From: Amphiscolops sp. MND2022
Lineage: Eukaryota
NCBI GenBank assembly: GCA_964187785.1
Contig: OZ076409.1
Coordinates: 39,248,001-39,308,000, forward strand
Direction of reading: 5' to 3'
DNA length: 60,000 bases
Part shown: one piece after another, positions 49,480 through 60,000 of the stretch
How the letters are laid out: each line of letters begins with the position of its first letter
Numbering within the stretch: position 1 is the first letter of the stretch
Made by a program: the position numbers and the translations under genes
The notes under the pieces: model-generated
Seen by the model: the letters and a program-made list of their open reading frames with translations, nothing else
The model's database searches: none
What the model was told of the DNA's origin: nothing

Positions 49480-50900
49480 TTCTAGCAACAGTTTGCACAA
49501 AAGTTTGTTTGCGGAAGAGGTGTCATATGTCTGTCCATCTTGTTATAAAAATTCAATAAAATTAGCATTGTCACCTTTTGAAGCTGATGCCCCTGAATGC
49601 GATTCACTGGAAAGCAAGTCTTTTTTCTCCTATTTTTCACATCTGAACGGGTCCCAAATTGAGTTTGCAATTCTCAAAAACTGCTTGGGTGTCTGCGAAG
49701 CATTCCTCCCATACCATCACATAGTCTACAAGTCTTCGACCAACACCTACGCGTTTGCTTGGAACACAGAATAAGTCGTCCCATCACTGTTCCCCAATGG
49801 CATTTAGCTCTCCTTCCGACCTTTAATGGGGTTTGTGTCTGCGATGTGCCTCAAAAACGCGAATACCTGTCTGTTTAGCATCCCGAATAGCAACCTGGCA
49901 AAACGTCGCGGCTATTACTGGACCTCTGCTTAACGCCAGAAATAGCCAAGATTTGAGAAAAGCAACAGAGGATTTCTCAGAACAAGTTCCCGATTTTGAC
50001 CTGGAAGTACATTGGGTTGTAGAGCGTGGGCTCCAAAAACGTTTCAATTTCAGCTACAAAATGAAACAACAATTAGGGTCATTCTTCAAACAGTCAGACG
50101 CTCTCACATGCGCTAACACACAGTCGTTCACATTACCACATGCTACGGACTACCTGTTTGCAAAGCAATCAAGAAACCTTGGAATAAAATTTACAAACTC
50201 GAAATTTCGCATTACGCTGTGCCGACAACTCTGAGTACAAATTTTTGACCAAACTCGAACAAGCATTGCCTGTAACACAACCCTTATGAACACCTTCAGC
50301 GATCATGCCCTAAGTTGTTCTATTTGTCAACGTAGCTCTGCATAATGACACCAAAGACCTTGTTTCTTATGCTAGCAGATCAGCTGGTTTTTCACCTGTC
50401 CTGGAATCTTAGGGCCTATCAGAGTCTAGTCGTCAACACCCCGGGGATATCTTTATCCCAAACTGGGCGCACGGGTCACCAGCTGCTGTATACGTAATCC
50501 TAGCCTGTGCACTGCAATCTAACATCATTACCAGAGCAGCGGAAGAAATAGAGTACGCGTGCAAGTTGGCTGAAGAGGGGAAGTTCGCTGCCTCGGCTGA
50601 GCTTTGCCACCAAAACGGCTTTGAATTTATACCCTAGCCTTAGAAACAAGTGGCGTATTCGGCTCTAGTGCGACTTCGTTGTTGACAGTGCTGGCCGAAC
50701 GATGCGTGGACAGCAACATGCGAGACCATGCAGCAGAAAAAAATGAACTTTTCAACGCACCATCGTGGCCGTGCACAAGTCGAACGCAAACATGGTTCAG
50801 TCACGAGATCCGATCAGAGAGCTTGAAGCTGTTAATCTACGGTTTTGCTCAGAGAATCAACCTTGTTGAGGTAGAAAAAGAATCCGCAGATTGATTTTCC
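49480..50900 (+). pseudogene. Degenerate 3' fragment of a CRE-like non-LTR retrotransposon (RT thumb, CCHC, restriction-like endonuclease)
   Basis: Pieces across frames: ILKNCLG, QWHLALLP, DHALSC, PGDIFIPNW, AEEGKF...C...GFEFIPLALETSGVFG; boundaries approximate. Confidence 0.65.
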
Positions 50901-51865
50901 GTCTTACGTTCCCAATATTCTTCCTTTTTGGAATTGTTATTTAGAATTGATCTTTAACATAAACACCCGTGGTCTATCCAGTTGCTTTACGATGCAGTGG
51001 GTTCCTTCTGTGTTCTGCTTGTGCCGGACTAGCCGTGATACCAACCCATTTATGATTGTCGTCAACTTTGGGCGTGGTACTTCGCAGCAACCCCATCCTG
51101 TCTGAAATACTGTGTTGAAGTGTACATGCAAAATGACCCTGCAAGTCACAGCTGAACCGAATATCACAACGTTAACGCTTTGGAGAGTAACACGTGTCGT
51201 GTGCTTTTCGCTTCAGTCTGCATATCAATTGCATTCAAAACTACTGGTTGAGCATAAGTAAATTGTCGAATCATTGAATTTTAAATTAGATTTCATTTTT
51301 TTTGTGATTTTGTTTTTGATTTTAATTTTGTATTTTAAATGCAAATAATATGTAAATAGTAGGGATTGTTCATAAAAGCTTCTGATACATTATTAAGAAT
51401 GTATTTTTCACATTATTCAGTTGTTTCGATACTTCGACTTCATCCGTGAGATGAACAAACACTGTACTCTTATTCCTCACAACACAAAACTGTCTGGCGT
51501 GGTCTTGAGAGCCTATTCGAAATTTCATTACGGTTCCGTCAAGTTGTAATTTGTCAAACTAAAGGCAAAGTGAATGTTTCGTAAGGGTTCAGCTAGTGTC
51601 TTTTCTTGACAGAAGCGATCGAACGCCGGTTTATGAGTAACAACTAGGTCCGTCGTAATTTATCATGCAGAGACGAAAGCGAAGGAGGCACCGAACGTAC
51701 GTATGCTCAACGTTTATTTTCATGTGAGATGAACATTTTTTGGGATTTATTCCAAATTCTATTATTTTTTATTTCTTTTTTTTTCAATTGCGTTTGGCTT
51801 CAGAGAAGATTCTGCGCTGCATTCAACCAAAAGACTAATGTGATGCATTTTAACGTCTGTTGCCA

Positions 51866-51910
51866 AAGGAAAGGAAAGGAAAGGAAAGGAAAGGAAAGGA
51901 AAGGAAAGGA
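51866..51910. repeat. (GGAAA)n microsatellite, probably the 3' tail of the adjacent minus-strand LINE
   Basis: About nine GGAAA units just downstream of the ORF2 remnant. Confidence 0.85.
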
Positions 51911-54760
51911 AGTTTATTCGGCTGCATACTCGAAAAGATACAATTTCATCTCATGTTATTGAAGAAATTCCACATTTACATCCAGCCAGGAGAGAGGATG
52001 AGCTTAAGCAGCTGTGACTGTGTTTGAGCTGTGCTCCTTTTCGGTAAGTGAACTGGTATTAAATCGTAGTCTTTCAACCAATTATATGCCTTTCCCAATC
52101 TGTTGTCCACTGATTTGGCTCGGGTAACTGTTCGACAATAAGTTAAGGGTAAACCTTTCTCTTTCGATGTCGTATTATATTGGCAACGTCCGAGTCCATC
52201 TTGAAAACAAAGTGGTGATTCAGATTTTAGCTGTTTGAATATTTCTCTGCAAACTTCCACAACGTATAGCTCAAATACCGTTAGTATATTATTCTTCTCG
52301 AAAAATTGTTCGATAATCGTTTTTTTTTCGTTTTTTTGGCACTGCCATAGACAAGCAAACCATATGTGATGATTGATCTAGCAAACGAGCTATAGAAGTT
52401 AAGAAGGCATTTAACGGGATACATATCTCTGACTTTGTATATCATACCACTGAAATTATTCAATTTTTTGTAACATGTTCAATATGATCACGAAAAGTGA
52501 GTTTACTGTCTAAGTAAACTCCTAAGAATTTAGCTGAATCCTTTATTGGAAGCTTCTGTCCGAGTAGAGTCAATTGGGTCCTATTATGTAAACTAAAGTT
52601 CATATCCTCACATTTGGAAGTATCAAGCCACAGTTTATTAAACAAAAACCAATTGCTAGCCTTGTCTAAATCGGGCTGTAGCAATGATTCCGTTCGCTTC
52701 CCTGATTTAAAGATTGAGGCGTTGTCAGCAAAAATAGCAACCTTTTGGTGTTTTGAGCATAGCTTGCTAAATCGTTGATGTAAACAAGGAAAAGGAACGG
52801 CCCGAGAATAGATCCTTGAGGAACGCCGGTTGAAATCGGTTGATACTCTGTCTTCTTTTGATTGACTTCCACAAATTGCCATCTATTACTCAAGTAATAT
52901 CTATTCAATCCGTAATATGTCCCTCTAAATCTGTACGAGTACAGTTTGTTATTCAGTACCGTATGCTCCAACGAATCGAATGCTTTCTTCAACTTCAAAA
53001 AGCAAGCTTGACCAGAGCTTTTTTTGTTCATTTCTTCTCGCATATAGTCTGTGACACTAGTGATGGCATTCACACATGAACGTTTAGCTCGAAATCCAAA
53101 TTTCATAAGAGAGAATAGTTTATTGGTATTGAAGAAACCCACCGTTCTAGAATAGAGAAGTTTTTCAAACAGTGAATTGAGAATAGCAACTTATTGAGAA
53201 TAGCAAACTAATAGGTCGATAGTTTTCTGGACCCTCTCGCTCGCCCTTTTTGAATATTGGTACAACATTGGCTACTTTGAGGAAACTTGGAAACTTTTGC
53301 GTATCTATACACCTTTAAATGCTTTCACTATGTATTTCGCAACTATGGGGGAGCGGCATTTTAACATTTCGTTGCTAATGCCATCATGACCATAATTTTT
53401 TTGTTCTTTATAGGTCGAATGATTTTCGAGACCTTAGTTTCATCAGTATTTGATAAACTTTAACCCGTAAAAGTTACAAACAATGTTCAATCAATGGTTT
53501 GAAACCATTGATTGGACATTGTTTGAAACTTTTACGGGTTTGTCGTGTAACGGGACTTTTGTTGACAAAACAGAACCAATGGTTGCAGAAAATTCATTCA
53601 ATTTTCGATATCTGGAACTTCAGGTTGCTTTCGATTTTTTGATAGATGATTTTCGTGACTTTTCAAATGGTTCTGCTCGATGGATTGGGTCTAAATTTTT
53701 TGAACTTGCAGTCTCTCTTGGCATTTTGTATTAATGCTGTATCCACGTGTTTTGTACTTTTTGTTATTGTTCTCATTAGGCGACTTTGTCCAGTTTTGAA
53801 ACAGTTGATTTCGTTTAGTAATGGCATTTTTTTGTATTGGTTATCCAATCAGTAGGACTTTCCTTCGTTTTGATTTCTGTTACAGAAGCAAAACGCTCAA
53901 TGCAATCCAGTATACATCTCAAAATTTGTTCGGTATATTTCAAGTTGTTTCCATCTAGCTTCATTAACCGTTGTTCCAGGATAAACAGAAATTTTAGAGC
54001 ATTGTCGCCTTTATTGCTTTCCAGGTTCCTTGTTCGAACTTTGATGTGTCTAGTTGCTGTTGCTAAGTATTTCGCCTAGTACCGGCATAATGAAAACTCA
54101 TTGTGGTTTTTTCAGTTTCATGGACAGTCTGGTTACTAGAAATGTAATGATCTAGACATGTTGTTGATGTTGGTGTAACTCGTGTTGGCTCACTGTTTTG
54201 CCTCCTGAAGTTGTAGACCAAAAGTAAACTTTCGTATTTGATTTTATCTGCTGAGTCTTTTATAGTATCGATGTTAAAGTCTCCGAATTTAATAGTGTCA
54301 TGTTTGAGACGTCTTAAAATTGAAGCAGCAGTTCGAATTCCGGAAGAAATCTAGTGAGCTTATTTGCTTGCGGTCTGTACACGACACAAAAAATTCTAAA
54401 AATTGAATTCCCGAAATCTATTTCAATAATTTCACGCTCGATGTCAGTATCGTACTCAATCGGCAAGTATTTCAAAGTTTCATGCACGTAAAATGTTAGT
54501 AATTTTTTTGTACTCTTTTTGCGGTTTCAATTCATTTGGATGGTGACTAGCGATGCAATATTCTTTGTGGTGTTCTAATTTTTCGCCGGTGGTTTTCAAG
54601 TGTTCAGTGTCCGATTTTGTTAGCCAGGTTTCCGTCAGTTCAGTAATTTTTGGATTTTGAGAATTTGATTCAAGCTCAACCACTAGCTCGTCATGATGGC
54701 ATCGGAGTGATTAAGTATTTAGTCCTAACAAAAAATCCCAATTTTGACAAAAACTTTTAT
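51911..54760 (-). pseudogene. Degenerate CR1/L2-like LINE ORF2 (endonuclease and RT)
   Basis: LTETWL; YRPIS-like; FGFR...LKKAFD; GVPQGSILGPFLFLVYINDL; FADN; KFLGVYLDSKLTF; many stops and frameshifts. Confidence 0.85.
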
Positions 54761-55278
54761 GTTTTAATTGATTTTGCAACATTGAACTGAAAGAGTTTTA
54801 TTGTTTGATATCGGATTGTTTTGCATTCAATAGTGGTTAAAGTTGTTTGGTTTTGTAATTGCGTGCTTTGAAAAATGACGTATTTGTATATGTTATCCTA
54901 TTATAAGACCAATGACCGCAAAACACTCTAGTCATTGTCCTCCGTTGACTGTTCTGCAGATTTGTCATCTTGACGAGGAGCTTTCTGTTGTATACATTCT
55001 TCCCCAGGTGAAGTTCGTAATCTCTTCAAGTCATTGTCAAATGCTTTTTTTCCAAAGGGACTTTTTCCACCGAGAAAAAATGTACAGTGGTTCTTTGAAT
55101 TTTCTCTATGTATACTTTTTTAATAAGAGTTTTTTCTTTGAGTAAAAAAGCCCATCTATCACAATGACTATATTTTTTCATCAGATAACAGAATAGCGGA
55201 CACTTTTTACAGAAACTACTGAAACTACAAACTACTGTACCGGCCAAGACTGGCCTGTAAAATCATTTAAAGTAGTGC

Positions 55279-56723
55279 TGTCACAGCCTAGAGAATGTGT
55301 AGGATCCGCTGTGCAACGTTAAAGGCAAATGGTTCAACCCGTCTACTAGCATTCATTCAAAACTTACTAATTCGCCGAACTTGTGTCATGCAATTTCTTT
55401 CATAATATTTTAACGTTACTGGTGATGAAATTTGATCGATATTAATGTTGAAAAAATTCTATCATTGAGGTTAGTTTGTAAACAAACACATGTATAGTGC
55501 AAGTCAATCATTCATTTCATACGCTGTGTTATTCTGCGTATGCAGCTATGGAATGAACAAACTATACACACACTTTGTACAAGAATAAAGCACATTAAAC
55601 TCAAACATTCAACCAAGCTCCCGTACTAGGTTTGCAGCATACTGCGGAATAGTTTCTTTCCTCTGGTAAATCGTAAATGATTTTTGCAGTTTGACTCATA
55701 TGTATTCCCTACTACTTCTCCGACTCTGTGTAATGCGTGAGAAAGGTGACTCTTACTGTATGTTACAGCCATTTCATTGATGGCCTGTATTAACGGTATA
55801 GAATAAGCAACAACCAATCATAAGGCAGTATAATACGTAATGTAAAATACTATTTTTATAACTAGTGAAATAACGGGATGCTATTTTTAGAAAATGACGT
55901 CGGGATGAAATTTAAAAAAGGTATTGTCATTTTACTAAAAATGAAAAACTTATCAAAAGGAAAGCTAGAAAAATACTAAAAAGATCATTCTTCCAAAAAC
56001 CGTCATACAAGCCAGACCAACTTTTCTGACTTCTTGAAATCAACTAATTGCAGTTTATTCTTGTCTAAATTTTCACTTCATCCCTGGTAATTCGGAACTA
56101 TGAAACTTCTCCAGCTTGGTTTTCAACTCTATCTTATTTCTTTCTCAATATAATTGAAACTCGTCTCTCCATCAGAACATGTTGGGAAAACATTTTCTTG
56201 GTCTCTCCAGGAAAAACTCCCTCACAAGAGAGAAGCAGAAGCATCGCAAGGTAATGAAACTATGATAGAAACCCTTAGTGTTTTTGATAATGTTAAATCA
56301 GTTAGGAACAGGGAAACAGGTTTAATTGATCCTACACAAAACGAGAATGAGATGCATATGTGGACACAAAGAGTAACTGATAACACAAAGAGAGAAATGG
56401 CGGGACTAAGAAAGGAGATGAATCAAAAACTAGAGATGAAAAAGATGATGAGAGAAGTGAAAATCAGTAGAAGAACGCAACCAGTTTCAAACAGAAAAAA
56501 TAACGATAAAACTACATCAAGAAGAGAAACACCATAAGCAACGATGACGGTGAACTAAACGCATCTAATACCGAAAATCAAGAAGACAGAATAAGGGATA
56601 ATCCCTTCAAGCCATCAGAAACAATTGAACTTAGGGTACCAATTCAACCAATTTCTATCCAAAATCTTGACTTAGACGATACAGTAATCATAAACGAAGA
56701 CCGTACAGGAGATGATTATCACA
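55279..56723 (+). repeat. Probable solo LTR (1445 bp) with an embedded gag N-terminal ORF
   Basis: TGTCACA...TATCACA ends; flanks AGTGC / GGTGC (5-bp TSD, one mismatch); coiled-coil ORF pieces at 56154-56723 run to the terminal CA (...RTGDDYH). Confidence 0.6.
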
Positions 56724-57402
56724 GGTGCAAAAAGTCCCCTCTCATTTTTTTCTTTTCCAACGTATTGTACAAAACCGAACAAGACTGGAGGGTTCCTTTT
56801 CTACTTCTTGGCACTATCTTTTCTCGAAAAACTTTCAATGTCTCCAAAGGGACCCCCTTAAAATTTTTAAAACTATTTTGCAACAGAGTGGCTGTTAAAA
56901 AATCCCAAATGGTCCCGTTCAACAGTTTTTGGAATCGTGAGAGTTTTCAAAAGTCTCATTTTTGGTCTGAAAATAGGTTTCCTCATTTTTTTCAAACCTG
57001 CTCGAACTTCGGAGGTTCAAAAAACTTGCGCCATATCCCAAGTTTCGACGTTATATCCGAACTTTATTGTGTTTTACTAAGGAAGGAGGGTGCGGAAGTT
57101 TGAGAAAAAGGCCCCATTTGTCCCAGCACGCTATATCGGAAACTTCGACGTTATATCCGAACTATAGTACGTTTTACTGAGGAAGGTTCGCATTTGTGCG
57201 CAAAAAAGGAGGAAGGTGCGCAAAAAAGCGTTCGCATTTGTCTCAGCACGCTACATCTTAACTTAGGAAGCGTTTTCCAAGCGCGAAAAGCACCCTTTGG
57301 GTGTTTTGAAACTGTTTTCTGGGTTTTTCATAAAAACGTCCTGGGCGTGTTTTGCGCTGTTTGAGCCTTAGGTATAGCGCCTTTAGACGTTCCCGTCTTG
57401 TT
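56724..57402 (+). repeat. Non-autonomous interspersed repeat, related to 31030-31315
   Basis: Shared blocks TGTCTCCAAAGGG.CCCC and GAGCCTTAG.TATAGCGCC...GTCTTGTT; internal duplication TTCGACGTTATATCCGAACT. Confidence 0.6.
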
Positions 57403-60000
57403 ATACCTTGCTTTGATGTAAACATAACTTGAACTAGTTTGAACTAGTTCTCAGATCTGTAGTGGATTGGTTTAGTTAGGTCCTCGTTACTTTTTCGCCG
57501 TGAACTAAGTGTGGGGTTAAAGTGTCCGATTTCGTTTTGCAGTTTACAAACAAAAAATGTCACAACTCATACCTATTACAATTCAAATTTTTATCGACTA
57601 CTTTCAATTTCATTTACAGTTACAAGCTAGAAAAAATCAACTCAAACCTTGGTGAACTAGCTTACTCAACACTCCTTTCAGATGAGGGACTTTGAATTTG
57701 TATAAAATCAGCTTTTTCACTAGGTTGCTTTTGTCCCAAGCGAGTTTCCTAAAACAAACTATAACGCAGAGATGAAAATATAAAAGGCACACCTTCAACG
57801 TCGAGTTGCAAATGTAAACGAATTGCAATGGGAAATTTATTCGAAAGTACTTTAGATATTGCCACGATATTACAATAAATGGTCAAAACAATTACATTCC
57901 AATGCTAGTCGTTTTAAGCGTACTTATAAAACTGGGGCTGAGAATTTGTTTCAAGAGCTGTTTCTTCCTGTGAATAAGTCAGATAAGCTCTCGGAGTAGA
58001 TGATAATATTCTTTGGTGGACTGATCCGAGCCCAACTGCGGTGCTAGGACTTTCAGCTGTGGACTGCCTAACGGGAGGACCCTCGGAAAATTCCGGAGAT
58101 GAATCAGTTTCTATCGACTTTTTCATCTCAGTTGTGCTGCTACTATAAATTCGATACAACTCTTCAGCTGAAACAAAACTTTTTCTTGGTACTCTATATT
58201 CGTTGAGTTTTTTGTTTGACACTTGCTTACGATTTAGATTTCGTTATTCAACTTTGAACAATCAACTGTTGCGGATTTTACTCTGGCTTCTGTTTGCCAA
58301 AAGAAAATACTGCTAGCCAAAGTATAACTGATATCCAAAAGGTTTTGGCTCAAAATAGGCGTTTTACAGAATTTTTTCTCAAAACTATTTCCACTTGAAC
58401 GACAAAAGACTCTCAGGAATTCATGATCTGTGTTAATGAAAAAACTTTTACAGAGCATCTGAAATTTTACAAATTCTCGTTGAAGAAATTCAACATGCTT
58501 TGGAACTCTAGCAAACTTCACATAACATTCTTCGGCTGGTTATCACGACAAAATATTATCGGAAAGCGAAAACAATATTGAAAAAGTGAAAAGTCTCGTA
58601 CTTTAAACCCGTGAGAAAAATTCGTTATTTAATGATTTTGCACAACTGATGCGCACTTTTATGAGCCCAGGAACACTAGATTGCCTCAGGGAGTAAGAAT
58701 ATGAATTTTTGAATTCTCAATTATTTGCACCAGGTGACAGAACCGATTGAAGTACGATATAGATCAAAACGCGTGGTTCAAAAGAGTGATCATTTAAATC
58801 TAATATCCAAAAATGTCTACAAAAAGTTCAGTTGATTCCATCTACATATCACGAACTCCTATTATGCATTGTTTGGAGGGAACTGTTTGGAGGAAAACGA
58901 TCTTCAACTTGAAATTGAGCTGACATTTATACTAACTTTCGATCATATGTTTCTGCAAAACAACAAAGTGTCGAATTTCGACTCCTCTCAAATCAATTTA
59001 ACGTTGATTTACTTTCGAAGGAGACCACCAGCACTGAACAACTCAAGGTGGAAAAGTACAGAGACAAGTGACCTTGCTATGCAAAGTTGGGTCATATTCT
59101 AATTCAGTTGCCATGACAATTTCAACACAAAATTGCATAGAAACAGCTCAATTTGCACCATGTCATCTATTTCCCCCCAGGTACACCTTGTTGGGAATAT
59201 CCCCCCAACACGAAACAGATTTTGTTCTTGAATAAAAATATTTCACTAATAAGAGAATGTTATATGAACGTAGATACTTAAAGGATTGCTTCCACAACTG
59301 TTTGGACCCTTCAGGCAAAAACTACCATGAATTTTGGATAGTATTGTCCAAAATAGCAGAAATTTGTTTGTAACAAGCTAAATTTGTATGAAAGGCCCCT
59401 ATTTCAACGCAAATTTTGTCCGCTAAAATATCTATTGAGCTACTTGTAACTGACAGTCATTGTAATGGACAAAAATATGTCGACATCAATTATTTTATTG
59501 GACCAAAATTTCAACGCAAACGATGTCGACATAATGGTTATTGAACCTCCTGCCTTATTTCCCCCGCCGCAAATTGTAGCTGAGCTAAACTCTTGAAGAG
59601 TTGACAAAACTGGTTTAGCTGATAACACTGTAATTCAGTCACACCATGTGGCAAATGGTCACTCTCACTTTTTTGATTGATGCACTTTCTGTTTGTGAAC
59701 AACATTATGATGAAGTGTTCAACGACCTGTTTCTTTTTGACAAAATCTAGATTAGCAAATGTTCGAGAATGCACTCTCTCACCCCCCCCTTCCCCAGTTG
59801 ACAGGTAAATCAACACAGGTTTACAGTTGCTTATGGTTTAACTAAAATGTACATAATGTGTATCAGAGTGTACGTGGTTACTGTATGTTTGATTTTGTAA
59901 GTATGTAAAGATGAGCACCGGTAATAAACATGCAGGTGATTCCAACTTTGGCAAGTTTCTTTAAATGTATTGTAACTCCAAGTTTATGCCTTTCGGCTCA

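Overview
Eukaryotic (animal; an innexin-like exon is present), transposon-dense window with almost no intact host genes. It is dominated by two young, full-length Ty3/Gypsy LTR retrotransposons on the minus strand: 1345-16038 (1209-bp LTRs, TSD CTCTG) and 32952-48906 (1705-bp LTRs, TSD CCAAT). They belong to diverged families but share an unusual architecture. Gag starts about 100-190 codons inside the LTR and reads through the PBS. Between pol and the 3' LTR each carries a large ANTISENSE, multi-exon gene with GT-AG introns, three of them at the same aligned position and phase in both elements. The spliced products look like catalytically dead hAT-transposase derivatives (TTF/BED-like zinc finger, RNase-H-like core). 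Element 2 also has a 259-aa sense ORF running into its 3' LTR and no obvious polypurine tract. Other content: a MITE hosting element 1, a Tc1 element with a nested hAT (itself interrupted), a three-ORF LINE with a separate SGNH-like ORF, degenerate CRE-like and CR1/L2-like non-LTR elements, solo LTRs of related families, small repeats and a 200-N gap. All homology calls are by-eye motif recognition, not database results.
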